A stretch of 64,000 nucleotides of DNA from a virus. The first letter of the stretch is position 1. Every line of letters starts with the position of its first letter. The notes below the pieces were generated by a model. That model was not told the origin of the DNA and did not search any database. It saw only the letters and a list, made by a program, of their open reading frames with translations. Below, one piece after another: positions 36,219 to 47,486 of the stretch. The position numbers were made by a program, and so were the translations under genes. The stretch spans positions 1,160 through 65,159 of the IMG/VR virus record IMGVR_UViG_3300022664_000309. The stretch is one strand, 5' to 3'.

Positions 36219-39200
36219 TTAAGACCCCCTGTATAATGAGATCAGTTCTTTTACGTCGTCCTCGGCAAAAGTCCAGTTTCCAGCAATTGGGGGTGAAGAT
36301 TCACTCCTTGCTGATTCCGCCAGATCGGGTTTGTTCTTAGCAATTGCATAAGCATATACTATATGATCTGGCGTAATGGCTTCTTCTCCGCCCACCGCAT
36401 CTACGAATTTCTCAACTCTGGATGTTATGGTTGTTGCCGTTGTACCAGTCTTGGTTGTCGATTTGTCTGGATACAGGGTTGCGGTTTTTCTATAAACATG
36501 GCCATCGTATACCGTAACCGAGAACGTATATGGCTTATAGCCTTTCTTTTGCATGGTTATGGTATGGGTCCCTGGCTCAAGTTTTATCGTTTCGTCGGTG
36601 GTGCCGATTAATTTTCCATCTTCATATATCTCTGCACCCAGCCCGCCGGTATCAACGAAGAGCCCGGTTTCTTCGGCAGTCTCGACTTTTTGAGTTGGTG
36701 ATGTGTCCTTGTATAGGGTTGCTGTTTTCTGAGCAACATATCCGTCGTACACCTGAACGGTTGTGGTATATGGTTTGTAACCCTCTTTTTTCATGGTTAT
36801 GGTATGGGGTCCTGGTTCCAGTTTTATTTTTTCGTCCGTGGTTCCGATCAGCTTACCATCCTCATATATCTCGGCATTTAATCCGTCAGAGTCTATGAAA
36901 AGCCCGGTTTCGTCAGCCTCTCCTGTTTTCTTGGTTGCTGATGTGTCTTGGTACAGGGTTACAGATTTCCGAGCGATGCTGCCGTTATACACCTGAACTG
37001 GCAAGGTATATGGTTTGTAGCCATCCTTTTTGATGGTTATCGTGTGGACTCCTGCTTCAACTCCTATTATTTCATCGGTTGAGCCAATCACTGCTCCATT
37101 TTCATATACCTCTGCATTTAATCCAGCGGCATCTATGAAAATACCAGTCTCGCCGGTTGACTTGGAATAAGTCGAGCCCCCGCTTTTATAACTACTGCTT
37201 CCGCCCCCGCCGCCACCCCCGGAGCTGGTCTTACTGGTAGACCCGGTTCCTTTCCACGTCTGAATATAATTTTCTTTATCAGCAAGGAACGCTGCAATAT
37301 CTTTACTGCCACTGTTGATAAATTCGGCATATTTTCCGGTGTCGATAGTAAATTCGCTCCCATCAGATTCTGTCTTTTTTTGATCGATGTCGTACTGCCC
37401 AGTGGTCGGGTTAAACAATTTGCCAGATTGAATTATATTGGCCGTGTGGGGATACCCAGTATCATCAATCCAGGATAATGTATTTCCACTCGCGGTTACT
37501 TTAAAGTTTGCTGGGTTGTTTTGTCTGGCGGTAAAGATTGCAGCCTGCTCTGCTGGCATATATTGTTCTATACGAGCATTGTCGTCAACCAGACCACTTG
37601 CCTTATATTCTTTTATTTTGGCAGCAAGAACAACCGGATCAGATATTGCAGCCAGCTCATTGCTTATCGTTTTGCTTACAGCCTCTTTTTGAAAGATTGC
37701 GGTTATTTGGGCGGGCGTCATATCCGGATATGCGGACTCCAATTTTTTCATGTTTATACTGCCGTCCGCATTGGTAAAGATAGCTCTCCAGACAATCGCG
37801 TCCTGCGGCTGTGATCCGTTATACTGAGCATATCGAGATACTGCATCAATGCTTGTTGGAGCTACACCCAACACCGCTCTCTGTTGAGGGGTTAACCCAT
37901 CCATAGTTATTACAGGCGACGTGCTGCCTACGGTGGTTAACGATTTTACTGTTCCATCAGGCATCATTTGTCCAATGATTGCAGACGGATCTTTTACATC
38001 GCTTCCTTTTATTACATGCCCTTGTTGATCGACGTAATAGTTGTCTGGGGTGATTACTGGTCCTGTTGCAGGTTCGGCTGTAATATTTGCCTTGGCATTC
38101 ATATATGCCTGGTTAGCAAGTTCTGATTCGGCTCCTCCTTTTACCAGCTGGTTATATGCATTTGTAAATTCTTTTGTGAGAGTATCCTTAGCACCCTGGT
38201 TCCCAGCGGCAATCATATGACCAAGACCAACCGCAATAGCCTCATTTGGATCGGTGATTCCGAGGCCTTTTGCAATCATGTTGTTGGGACCTACGCTACC
38301 ATCGTCCTGCATATCATATATGCGGCGAACCAGGTCCCCGTTGCAGAAGGCTATTGTTTCTGGATGCAATGCCCAGTATTGCGGACGCTCTGATTCGGGT
38401 CTTATGTGCCCCCAACAACCTTCTCCAAAGCTATCGCATCCTTCATCTTTGACCCATACCCCTGCTCGTTCAAGTTTACCAAGTTTATCGGCTATCTGAC
38501 CCAATGCTGCCCAGTCCATGAACCATTTGAAGCCATCTGGTGCAGGAAATAGTTGATGAGCATATGGAACATTGTCAAGGAACCAATCGAATGGAGCCAA
38601 TTTTTCTTTTATTGAATTTATTGCAGGTATGCCTGTTTTATTCATTTGATCTGCAAACATGTCCTCTGGAACGTTGTATCCGGTCAACTGGATCAACGAC
38701 TGAACACCTTCTTCTGCGGCAAAGTATATGAAGAGAGCACTGTTTGCAACTGCCCACCCACCAATTAGGCTCCCAGTTATTTTGAATTTGTTTCTGTAAG
38801 CCCATCTAGCAACTGCGCCAGCTGATCCCAGTACTGATCCACGTATAAACTTGGTGAACTTATCCATCGGCAGAATTTCCCTGATCTGGGCAAGCGTTTC
38901 AAGATCGTCCGGCGTTATGATTCTCTTTGAATAAAATGCCTCTATGAATTCTTTCTGCTTGCCGGACAGAGAATTGTAGTTCGGATGCGCTTTGATGTCA
39001 GATATTATCGCATCCTGGCCAGCTCTTTGATATCGCTGCCCCACCACTGGGTCAACATCGTAGACCTTGTTGAATGCCTCATCTGCAAATGCTTCATCCT
39101 TCAATGCGGCTCTAACATCTGGATCTTCCAACAACTTCCGAAGTTCGTCTGACTTATTCGCCATGCTGGAATCCAGTATATTGTCAAGCTTCAACCGCCC

Positions 39201-42200
39201 TAGATCAGCTCCAACCGATACTCCTTCATATGCCCTGGCATTATCTACGATTCTGGTGACTTGCTGGTAATCGTTCTGATTGAGTTGCCGGGTCATCGCC
39301 TTGCGAATATATTCCTGGTCAGTTGCTGACATTTTGGCTCGGGTAGCGTCGTCTATGCGGCTTACGGCTCCCTGGTAATGGAATCCCATAATCTTTTCAG
39401 CTGCTGATCGATCACTGCCGAGTTTTTCAGAGATGGACATGGCCAATTGCTCGGCCTCTTCTCGGGAGGTGTTTCGGAGATATGTTTTAAGGTCCTCACT
39501 TTTGGCCAGGGCCTCGTCCAGCGCAGATCGGCCATCCCGAACAGATAAACCGTCCAACTGATTGAGGAGATCATCAACCGTGGTTTGTCCGTTGACTATC
39601 TGAGTTCCTTTGGCCTGTTTTACATTTCTGGCGTCATACGCCTCTTGATTCAGTCTGCGTGCCCTGTTTTTCAACGCATCCGCCTGCGCCTTCAAGCCAT
39701 CGATCTGAGATTTTATTCCAGCTTTTTCCCTGGATGGGGCATCTTCGAGTTTGGCTCCCAGTTCCTGCATTTGCCGGCCCAGGTTTGATAGCTCATCTTC
39801 TATAGCTATCCTCTCAGCTGTTTTTGCAGCAACTGCTTTTTGAGCTTCCTGATACTCAGATGCCAATCCTTCAGGTGTGACCGCCTCGGGGCCAGGAGTT
39901 GTTTCTGGGGTCCTAATCGTCGGGGTTTCCGGCGGGACTGCCTCTACTATCCTGGGCGTAGACGTTCGAGCATCTTCAATCATCTTGACTCTGGTTTCAT
40001 CCAGATATTTGGTCAGGTGCTGTATATCTTCCCCCGGAATTGCCCTGATAGCTGCCTGAATATCTGAGTCACCAACCAGGGATGCAAACTCACGGGCATT
40101 CATGCGCTGAAGATCGATACCGGATAATCCATTGATTCTGACAGCATCTTTTTCAACTATTTCAACTGTCCTGCCTATTTGGAATGGCCCGGCTTTGTCT
40201 GCTTCCCGAACAGTAGACCACAATATTCCGTCATCAGTTAGCAAATCAATTTTGACAAATTCCTTTGACATGTCGGAGGTGAGGCCGCCTGATTCAGTCA
40301 ATCCTTTCCAAATAGATTCATCGACCGAATATGGATCTGCCCGGTTGACAGCAACTATTCGACTGCCGTTTGCATTTTCTGGAACTTTGAATTCGGTTGG
40401 GACATTGCTTGGTTTCTCCCAGTAGAACATTTTGGCAGGGGTTGCAGCAACATTCATTGCTTCATCCGCAGAGGGAACCATTTCGTTCCTGCGTATGAAC
40501 TGGAAATCTCCTTCTGGCGATTTTACTACCCATCCTCCTGACTTCTTGAAATTATGAGTCGCTGCCTGCCATCCGTTCGAACCCGTGATTGTTGTTCCTT
40601 CGTTCGCAGCTTTTTCAAATGCCTTTGCCATAGATGCTTTTGTTGGTCCTTTTGTTCCAGTGACCAAAAGAATATCGCTATACTTGCTGTTTCCCAGTAT
40701 AAGTTCGGCCATGCTGTAATCTTCATTTGCATCCAGCCACGAAGCAGGCATCTGGGATATCAGGTTCTTGGCAGATTTCAGAGCCTCAACTATCTTGTCC
40801 CATGCCATTGTTGCTTTTGCAGTCCACGTTGCTTTTACGGCACTGAACTTTCCAAGTAGGCCTGGTGTGGTTGTCGGTTCTCCAAGATAATATCTCATTT
40901 CATCCAGGATTACATCCGAAGCCCCCTTGAATTCTTCGAACTGGAAGAAATCATCCATGTTCGCTTCGGCCTTGGTCTGGTGGACTATGAGTTCTTTTTC
41001 TGGACCAAGATTGCTGGCTTTAATATCCGCATTGCTGAGGTTCTTTACACTGTCCCTGGCCGCAGTTATCTGGTTCTGGAACTCAGAAAGTGGCATGATG
41101 TTGATTGGTACTGTACCCATTGCCTCGTCAAATGTTGATCCGGCTGCGTCACTCATCTGAGATCTGAGATACTGAACCCTGTCGATTTCCGATTCGGTTA
41201 AGACGTCACCATTTTTAGCTTTGGCAAGCAGACTTGCATCCCCGGATTCCACAAATTTTCCGAAATCTTCTGTCTTGGTGAATCTGGTCCATGCATCAGC
41301 AACAGCTTCCGCACCTTCTTCTTTAGATGCAGCAGCGGCAATCATATCATCATATAATTTTGAAAGCTCTGATTGCGTCGGTGCAATATTTGATGGGGTA
41401 TAAGCAGCCGCCGGTGATGGATAGTATTCGGTTGGTGCATAGGTCGCGGGAGATGGTGTATAATATTCGGCTGGGGTCGTGATTGTCGGAGTAGCCGGGG
41501 TCGTGGGCGTGGTTGCGGCCAATCGATCTGCCAGATATTTACCATATTCTTCGGGAGTTTGACGGGCATTAGTATATGGGTTGAGTATTTCAAACGTGCC
41601 GTCATCTTTCCTGAAGAAATAGAACCCTCCTTCGCTATCCCAGATCGGGGTTTCTCCTGAGCCTTTGATTTCTGTGTACTGATCTCCCGGAAGCCAATTT
41701 CCGGTATCTGTGTCCATGTAATCGGTGTTTCCAGTCGTTGGGTTGGTCCTAACGTAAGTATCTTTGGTGTCATCGTAATTGTAATCATAGTTCGGGGTGT
41801 TATCGGCAATTACGGCTCTTTCTGCGTCCAGCTCCTCTTTTGAAACCCATCTACCGGACCGGTTCTGATAAACCTTAGATCCGTCTTCATTGAGCTTGGT
41901 ATAGGTATTAAGCGCAGCATCGTACTTTGGAGATCTCTCGGCTGTTCTGGCCAATACCAATTCCTCGTATTCTGTAGTTGTGAGGATATTGCCGGTCTCG
42001 GGGTCTTTGACTTGCCAGGTTTTACCATTGTCGAGAGATCGAAGCTCTGCTCCCCAGTTTTGATTGTAAGTCCATTGACTTGCATCGTCGCCTGCAATGA
42101 TCTTTCCGCCGGTGACATCATCAACATGCGTTGGGTATCTTTCGGTTGTTCTTTCTGCAAGGAGTTTCTCGTAATCTTCAGTCGATAATATTCTTCCAGT

Positions 42201-45200
42201 ATCAGGGTCTTTTACTTGCCATACACCATCCTGATACCTGAGTTCGGCTCCCCAATCTCGATTATAGACCCACTGGCCCTCACCCTGACCAGTAACAACC
42301 TCTTTACCGGTAGTTGGTTTCTGGACTTTTTCTGCCGCTCGTTGCCTGAGGAGGTTTTCATAATCTTCCAATGAGAAAATTCCTCCAGTCTCGCGGTCTT
42401 TAACTTCCCAGGTTTTACCACCATCCGGAGTTCTTAGTTCAGTACCCCAGTCGTCATAATACTTCCACCCGGTTGTATCTTCTGTGGCCCCGCCGGTGAC
42501 TTTGGTTTGCTCCTTGAATTTAGTGGCTGTTCTTTCTTCAAGGAGCTTTTCATATTCGTCAATTGATAATATTCTTCCAGTTTCTCGGTCCAAGGCTTGC
42601 CAGGCACCATTTTGATATCTAAGCTCGGTTCCCCAATCTGCGTTATAAGCCCACTGGCCAGTGTCAGTCCCGCCTCCAACGGCAGCACCACCACCCGTGT
42701 ATCCTCCACCACCGCCAATTGGACCGGCTTCGCCCATTTCACCACCGTATCCGTTGGGGCCGCCAAGCATTTCATCGGCAACTGGCGTTGGTGCGTGACT
42801 TCCAACCGCCTGATATTGATCAGGCAATGCTTTGAGACGCGCATCCCATTCAACCGCCAGTTCCAAGGCATCGTCATTGGTGGTGATTTTTCGAGTGGTA
42901 ACGACATTGTGTACTTCTCCAAAATCGTCAGTATATGTAACCTGCCAGGTGTCTACTGATCCCGGTCTGGACACCTTGGTAATGGCCGGATTACCGTATT
43001 CATCTGTAGTAAGGACAACTTTGTTGGCTGGTACGTAATCTTTGTGAACCTGGTAATAATTGCCTTTTCCATCGATGTCAACCAGATACCGGCCATCCGT
43101 GGTTTCCATCACCCCGGTATCCCGGACCTTGGCAATGGTAAACCTGTTCCCAGTTGGGTCTACTACGTCGAATTGCTTGAAACCATCATCAATGATAACA
43201 TTCTTTTTCATGTCAAAGAACTTAGTCTCTGTTGCAGCGTCGGTTTTAGTTCCTGCGAAACTAATGGTTTTGGTTTTTTCTGAGATTGCGCCAATGGGTT
43301 TCAACCCTTCATTTCGAGCTGCTAGTGTCTCGGCAGTTATAGGTTCTCCTGTTACCGAACGAGTTAATTTCGAAGTGTCTACCCCAGCAGCGGCCTTGGC
43401 ATCGGTGGGTATTGTAAGCAGGCCGCCTTTACCGATGCCCGGTGCAGTAGCGCTTATCGTTGGCAGTTTAGTGGTATCAGTTGATGCAACTGGGATTATT
43501 GTTTTTCCCTCTATAGCCTTTTCGCCTGTTGTAACGGTTTTGGTTTTTCCCTCTATAGCCTTTTCGCCTGTTGTAACGGTTTTGGTTTTTCCCTCTATAG
43601 CCTTTTCGCCTGTTGTAACGGTTTTTGCGATAGCATCCACTTCTACTGCTTCTTTGCCGTCCCTAGATATCTCGAAGATCTTCCCGTCTATAGTTTCTAG
43701 TCTTATTACATTTGGATTATCAATAGCAGATCCGACTTTGCCTATGAATTCAGTGCCTCTGTATGCCCCAACTGTCCCATCTGCTGCTTTCAACAGCCTC
43801 ACACCTTCTATTGTTTTGCTAGCTTTGGAAACAAGTTTCAATGGTACGCCGATACCTACAGTCAATGGCAAAAACAACGCAGCATTCCAAGTTTCGTTTG
43901 GGGTGAGTGGTTCTGTTACGACGGCTTCTGCAAGTGCAAGTACCTGAGCTGAACTGTAATCCATAAGTTCTGTACCTGCCTCAGAGGTTGGTAGATAGGC
44001 CAACGCTGTTCCAAATCCTCGTTCGCTCTCCATGCCCTTGACGTATCTCTTTTCATCCGATGTCATGGCATTTTCAAGTGTTTTTTTGTATTCAGCTGAT
44101 CCGAGTTTGGACTCTAATATAGGCTGCATGACGACATCAGTTGCAGCCCCTAGTATAGCTCGTGGGTTGTTCTTCGCAATTTCGGCAACAGTTTCGGAGT
44201 CTGCATATGTCAGCGCATTTTTAAATACCTCATATTGATTAATTTTGCCTACGGTTGGCACATCTTTGAAAGTTGCACCTGGTTTTGCAAGGTCTTTTGC
44301 TATTTTATCTAGTTGAATTAGTCCCTGTACAGTAGGCTGAACTTCATAACCATTTTCATAGCCGGGGCCCATCATGGCCATGTATGGTAACTTAGTTACC
44401 CAATCTGCATATCCCCATTTATCTTTTAAAGGGTCCGGAATCTGGGCGTAGGTTAATGGTTTCAGCGTGAACATCCCACTATCAGCTAATCTCATATCGG
44501 GAACCTGAAGAACGGTATCCTTGAGAGTTAAAATACTTGCTACCAATCCTGTTTCTGGTTTCTTGGCGGTCCCCACATCCAAGGTTGCAGCTCGATTGAG
44601 CAAATCCTGACCCAGATCTCCAATTTCAGTATCGCTAAGCCCGAGATATGCGGTTTTTCTGTAGGACCATTCGTTAACTGGGACAGATTTGCCGGTGCTA
44701 TCTTTCACGGTTTTAAATGGTTCGACGGAGAATAACCCACTATCTGACATAGCGGCATTTGGAACGGAACTCTGCATGGCTATTTTGACTTTTCCATCGT
44801 TTGATGCATATATGCCCATCTTGCCGCTGGCCAGCGAATCGGCAATCTGGTTATCTTTGTACCCAGTGGCTTTGAGTGCCTTGTACACATCTGGGTCCAG
44901 GTTCACCACCCTGCCCTCAACCGATCCTTTGACAGCAACTGCCCCGGCTGGTTTCGATTGTGATGTTACAGTAGTAGTTGCTGCTGTTGGAACTGTTTTG
45001 GCATATTCTGTGAAACCGCCCTTTGCGAACTCAACCTTTGATATCTTAGATCCTGGCAGAACATCTCCTGTTGGTGTCCTGTATAGCTTGTTAAAATCAA
45101 GACCTTCAGCGGGCTTGCTGGAAGTAGTGGTTTTTGAAGTAGTGGTTGCCTCAAGGTCGTACAGTTTTTTAAAGGCCTCATCACGATCTTTACTCAGCAC

Positions 45201-47252
45201 TTTGTCCAGACTTTCAAAGATTCCGCCGGTTCGAGTATCTATTTTCTTGGTCTCGGCAGGTCCGGTTTTGGTCTTGGTACTGGTCTGCGTTGCCGTTCCT
45301 GGTTTTGCAGACGTGGCGGCGGTTGACTTTGTTTCAGATTTTGATGCGTATTTCCCAATACCACGTCTCTGATCTTCCATATCATCTCCCGTCGTTGTTT
45401 TACTCCAGTCGTCGAGTTCTGTATGCGGTAACAAGGCTTGCCGAATTGCGACTGCTTTGGTATAATCTACTTTGCCATCCTTGGTATATGGATCAAGAAC
45501 CTCTTTAATGGCCCCCATTCTTTCAATCACAACGCCCGAAGAAGCCGGAGCATCTCCATACAATTTAGAATATATTTCCCGTATTGCGGATTCTTGAGAT
45601 TGACCTGGATTTATTTTAATTGAATTGACTATGGTTGCCGCTTTAAGAGCCTGATCTGCCTTTTCGTGGTTTTCGTTTACTTTTCCAATAATGGCTTCAT
45701 ATTTCTGCATCTTTGCAAGATCTGCGGCCTGGTCAGCGTATTTTCCTATCTCGGTTATGCCTGTTATTGTTCTGTCCACACCAGCCTTTATATCGGAAGC
45801 TGTCTTTACGTCATTGGCTTTGTTAAATTCGTTATTGGCAACTTTAACCAGGTTGTTAAAGGCCGATGATGAAAGAGCATATAACGAAGCTTTCTCGGTG
45901 TCAATTTTCTTATCAGCAACACTGTTGGCTGCTTCTGCAAGACGGTCGGCAGAATCGAGTATCCTGCTTATGGCAGATTGCAGAGACGCAGTATTGCCGG
46001 TTGCAAGAGAACTGGCCAACGCCATTTGCATTTTATTGCTCATATCGAGCGATGCAGGAGGCTCAATGGTGGTAGATATAACGTTACTAAAATTGCCTAC
46101 TTTTTTAGCTACGTCCTCAACTACTTTGGCCACCTGAGGTATTGGCGCTCTGGCTATTGCTTCGGATACTGACGTTACCTTCGGTGCCTGAGATCCAAGT
46201 ACTTCCGAAGCTAATCCAGTTACCGGGGTAGTTGATTCGATTGGTTTTAATCCTTTATTTCTGGATATCAGATCCCCGGCAGTTGCCGGTACATTTACAC
46301 CAGATGCTATGGATTTTTGTATAGCCTGGGCCGGGGTTGAAGTTGGTACGCTGGGTACAGCCGTGGTTAATGGCTTCAATCCCTCGTTTCGAGCTGCAAG
46401 AGTCTGTGCAGATATCGGCACGTTAGTACCGGAAGCTATTGATTGCTGGATAGCTTGAGCCGGAGTTGGTGCCGGTGCCGATACTCTGGGCGTAGAAATC
46501 GTGCCGGATGCTCTCATGGATTCAATCTCGCGGTTCATGGCATCTGACAAGGCTTTCTGTAACTGGCTGGCCGGGGTTAATGGCTTCAATCCCTCGTTTC
46601 GAGCTGCAAGAGTCTGTGCAGATATCGGCACGTTAGTACCGGAAGCTATTGATTGCTGGATAGCTTGAGCCGGAGTTGGAGCTGGAGGCGGTGTGCTGGG
46701 TAAATTATACTCCGCCGGTGGCGGTGTAGGCTTTATGACCTGCTGAGCGGCAGGTGTCTGGGATATCGGTTTATCATACGGAGTTTGACCATATAGAGGT
46801 GCTCTGGGCTGCTCTTCGAGCAATCCCGTCGCTGGGTTGTAGATGTTAACAACTGGGGGTTCTAAACGGTACTCCGCCGGTGGCGGTGTAGGCTTTATGA
46901 CCTGCTGAGCAGCTGGTGTCTGGGATATCGGTTTATCATATGGATTTATATATGCTAGAGCTGGAGCTGGAGCTGGAGCTGGAGCTGGAGCTGGAGGCGG
47001 TGTGCTGGGTAACTCATACTCCGCCGGTGGCGGTGTAGGCTTTATGACCTGCTGAGCGGCAGGTGTCTGGGATATCGGTTTATCATATGGATTTATATAT
47101 GCTGGAGCTGGAGCTGGTGCCGGCGCTTTTGCCTGCGGTGCTGGTGTTGAGGACGTGCTACTGGAACTTTTGGCCGGGGTTGTAGTGGTTTTTCCGCTGC
47201 TACCCCCGATGCTTACAGTTGCGGGTTTTGATGAAGATCCAAGTCGAACCAT
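36219..47252 (-). CDS. Giant 3,677-aa repeat-rich protein with three C-terminal PEGA-like domains
   Basis: Uninterrupted ORF; AE(V/I)YE(N/D)G..IG.TDE.I...G.HTIT..K.GYKPY x3; several internal repeat families. Confidence 0.9.
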   Translation of the reverse strand: MVRLGSSSKPATVSIGGSSGKTTTTPAKSSSSTSSTPAPQAKAPAPAPAPAYINPYDKPISQTPAAQQVIKPTPPPAEYELPSTPPPAPAPAPAPAPALAYINPYDKPISQTPAAQQVIKPTPPPAEYRLEPPVVNIYNPATGLLEEQPRAPLYGQTPYDKPISQTPAAQQVIKPTPPPAEYNLPSTPPPAPTPAQAIQQSIASGTNVPISAQTLAARNEGLKPLTPASQLQKALSDAMNREIESMRASGTISTPRVSAPAPTPAQAIQQSIASGTNVPISAQTLAARNEGLKPLTTAVPSVPTSTPAQAIQKSIASGVNVPATAGDLISRNKGLKPIESTTPVTGLASEVLGSQAPKVTSVSEAIARAPIPQVAKVVEDVAKKVGNFSNVISTTIEPPASLDMSNKMQMALASSLATGNTASLQSAISRILDSADRLAEAANSVADKKIDTEKASLYALSSSAFNNLVKVANNEFNKANDVKTASDIKAGVDRTITGITEIGKYADQAADLAKMQKYEAIIGKVNENHEKADQALKAATIVNSIKINPGQSQESAIREIYSKLYGDAPASSGVVIERMGAIKEVLDPYTKDGKVDYTKAVAIRQALLPHTELDDWSKTTTGDDMEDQRRGIGKYASKSETKSTAATSAKPGTATQTSTKTKTGPAETKKIDTRTGGIFESLDKVLSKDRDEAFKKLYDLEATTTSKTTTSSKPAEGLDFNKLYRTPTGDVLPGSKISKVEFAKGGFTEYAKTVPTAATTTVTSQSKPAGAVAVKGSVEGRVVNLDPDVYKALKATGYKDNQIADSLASGKMGIYASNDGKVKIAMQSSVPNAAMSDSGLFSVEPFKTVKDSTGKSVPVNEWSYRKTAYLGLSDTEIGDLGQDLLNRAATLDVGTAKKPETGLVASILTLKDTVLQVPDMRLADSGMFTLKPLTYAQIPDPLKDKWGYADWVTKLPYMAMMGPGYENGYEVQPTVQGLIQLDKIAKDLAKPGATFKDVPTVGKINQYEVFKNALTYADSETVAEIAKNNPRAILGAATDVVMQPILESKLGSAEYKKTLENAMTSDEKRYVKGMESERGFGTALAYLPTSEAGTELMDYSSAQVLALAEAVVTEPLTPNETWNAALFLPLTVGIGVPLKLVSKASKTIEGVRLLKAADGTVGAYRGTEFIGKVGSAIDNPNVIRLETIDGKIFEISRDGKEAVEVDAIAKTVTTGEKAIEGKTKTVTTGEKAIEGKTKTVTTGEKAIEGKTIIPVASTDTTKLPTISATAPGIGKGGLLTIPTDAKAAAGVDTSKLTRSVTGEPITAETLAARNEGLKPIGAISEKTKTISFAGTKTDAATETKFFDMKKNVIIDDGFKQFDVVDPTGNRFTIAKVRDTGVMETTDGRYLVDIDGKGNYYQVHKDYVPANKVVLTTDEYGNPAITKVSRPGSVDTWQVTYTDDFGEVHNVVTTRKITTNDDALELAVEWDARLKALPDQYQAVGSHAPTPVADEMLGGPNGYGGEMGEAGPIGGGGGYTGGGAAVGGGTDTGQWAYNADWGTELRYQNGAWQALDRETGRILSIDEYEKLLEERTATKFKEQTKVTGGATEDTTGWKYYDDWGTELRTPDGGKTWEVKDRETGGIFSLEDYENLLRQRAAEKVQKPTTGKEVVTGQGEGQWVYNRDWGAELRYQDGVWQVKDPDTGRILSTEDYEKLLAERTTERYPTHVDDVTGGKIIAGDDASQWTYNQNWGAELRSLDNGKTWQVKDPETGNILTTTEYEELVLARTAERSPKYDAALNTYTKLNEDGSKVYQNRSGRWVSKEELDAERAVIADNTPNYDYNYDDTKDTYVRTNPTTGNTDYMDTDTGNWLPGDQYTEIKGSGETPIWDSEGGFYFFRKDDGTFEILNPYTNARQTPEEYGKYLADRLAATTPTTPATPTITTPAEYYTPSPATYAPTEYYPSPAAAYTPSNIAPTQSELSKLYDDMIAAAASKEEGAEAVADAWTRFTKTEDFGKFVESGDASLLAKAKNGDVLTESEIDRVQYLRSQMSDAAGSTFDEAMGTVPINIMPLSEFQNQITAARDSVKNLSNADIKASNLGPEKELIVHQTKAEANMDDFFQFEEFKGASDVILDEMRYYLGEPTTTPGLLGKFSAVKATWTAKATMAWDKIVEALKSAKNLISQMPASWLDANEDYSMAELILGNSKYSDILLVTGTKGPTKASMAKAFEKAANEGTTITGSNGWQAATHNFKKSGGWVVKSPEGDFQFIRRNEMVPSADEAMNVAATPAKMFYWEKPSNVPTEFKVPENANGSRIVAVNRADPYSVDESIWKGLTESGGLTSDMSKEFVKIDLLTDDGILWSTVREADKAGPFQIGRTVEIVEKDAVRINGLSGIDLQRMNAREFASLVGDSDIQAAIRAIPGEDIQHLTKYLDETRVKMIEDARTSTPRIVEAVPPETPTIRTPETTPGPEAVTPEGLASEYQEAQKAVAAKTAERIAIEDELSNLGRQMQELGAKLEDAPSREKAGIKSQIDGLKAQADALKNRARRLNQEAYDARNVKQAKGTQIVNGQTTVDDLLNQLDGLSVRDGRSALDEALAKSEDLKTYLRNTSREEAEQLAMSISEKLGSDRSAAEKIMGFHYQGAVSRIDDATRAKMSATDQEYIRKAMTRQLNQNDYQQVTRIVDNARAYEGVSVGADLGRLKLDNILDSSMANKSDELRKLLEDPDVRAALKDEAFADEAFNKVYDVDPVVGQRYQRAGQDAIISDIKAHPNYNSLSGKQKEFIEAFYSKRIITPDDLETLAQIREILPMDKFTKFIRGSVLGSAGAVARWAYRNKFKITGSLIGGWAVANSALFIYFAAEEGVQSLIQLTGYNVPEDMFADQMNKTGIPAINSIKEKLAPFDWFLDNVPYAHQLFPAPDGFKWFMDWAALGQIADKLGKLERAGVWVKDEGCDSFGEGCWGHIRPESERPQYWALHPETIAFCNGDLVRRIYDMQDDGSVGPNNMIAKGLGITDPNEAIAVGLGHMIAAGNQGAKDTLTKEFTNAYNQLVKGGAESELANQAYMNAKANITAEPATGPVITPDNYYVDQQGHVIKGSDVKDPSAIIGQMMPDGTVKSLTTVGSTSPVITMDGLTPQQRAVLGVAPTSIDAVSRYAQYNGSQPQDAIVWRAIFTNADGSINMKKLESAYPDMTPAQITAIFQKEAVSKTISNELAAISDPVVLAAKIKEYKASGLVDDNARIEQYMPAEQAAIFTARQNNPANFKVTASGNTLSWIDDTGYPHTANIIQSGKLFNPTTGQYDIDQKKTESDGSEFTIDTGKYAEFINSGSKDIAAFLADKENYIQTWKGTGSTSKTSSGGGGGGGSSSYKSGGSTYSKSTGETGIFIDAAGLNAEVYENGAVIGSTDEIIGVEAGVHTITIKKDGYKPYTLPVQVYNGSIARKSVTLYQDTSATKKTGEADETGLFIDSDGLNAEIYEDGKLIGTTDEKIKLEPGPHTITMKKEGYKPYTTTVQVYDGYVAQKTATLYKDTSPTQKVETAEETGLFVDTGGLGAEIYEDGKLIGTTDETIKLEPGTHTITMQKKGYKPYTFSVTVYDGHVYRKTATLYPDKSTTKTGTTATTITSRVEKFVDAVGGEEAITPDHIVYAYAIAKNKPDLAESARSESSPPIAGNWTFAEDDVKELISLYRGS
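43501..43625. repeat. Perfect 42-nt tandem repeat x3 (KTVTTGEKAIEGKT)
   Basis: gtttttccctctatagccttttcgcctgttgtaacggttttg repeated. Confidence 0.95.
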
Positions 47253-47356
47253 TACTTACCACTCTCTTCTATCTTTTTAACAGCTTTCATGAACATCTTG
47301 TCAACGTTTTTCTGGGCTTCTTTCGCCTTTTTCTCCAGTTCTTCTTTGCTCATCAT
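47252..47356 (-). CDS. 34-aa charged peptide coupled to the giant gene
   Basis: MMSKEELEKKAKEAQK...; TAATG overlap. Confidence 0.5.
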   Translation of the reverse strand: MMSKEELEKKAKEAQKNVDKMFMKAVKKIEESGK

Positions 47357-47486
47357 GCGAACCACGGATATTATAATGAATGACCAAGGATTTATACATT
47401 GGGGGTAAATAAGACCACCATGCAAATTAGGGTAAGTTGCGGATTAATAGAAGAATTAGAATCTCCGTTATTGAGAATCCCGGGAG

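Noticed and set aside
36363..46172. Many plus-strand ORFs opposite the giant gene (e.g. 43060..43947, 44689..45372)
   Set aside because: Antisense shadows of a long codon-biased ORF
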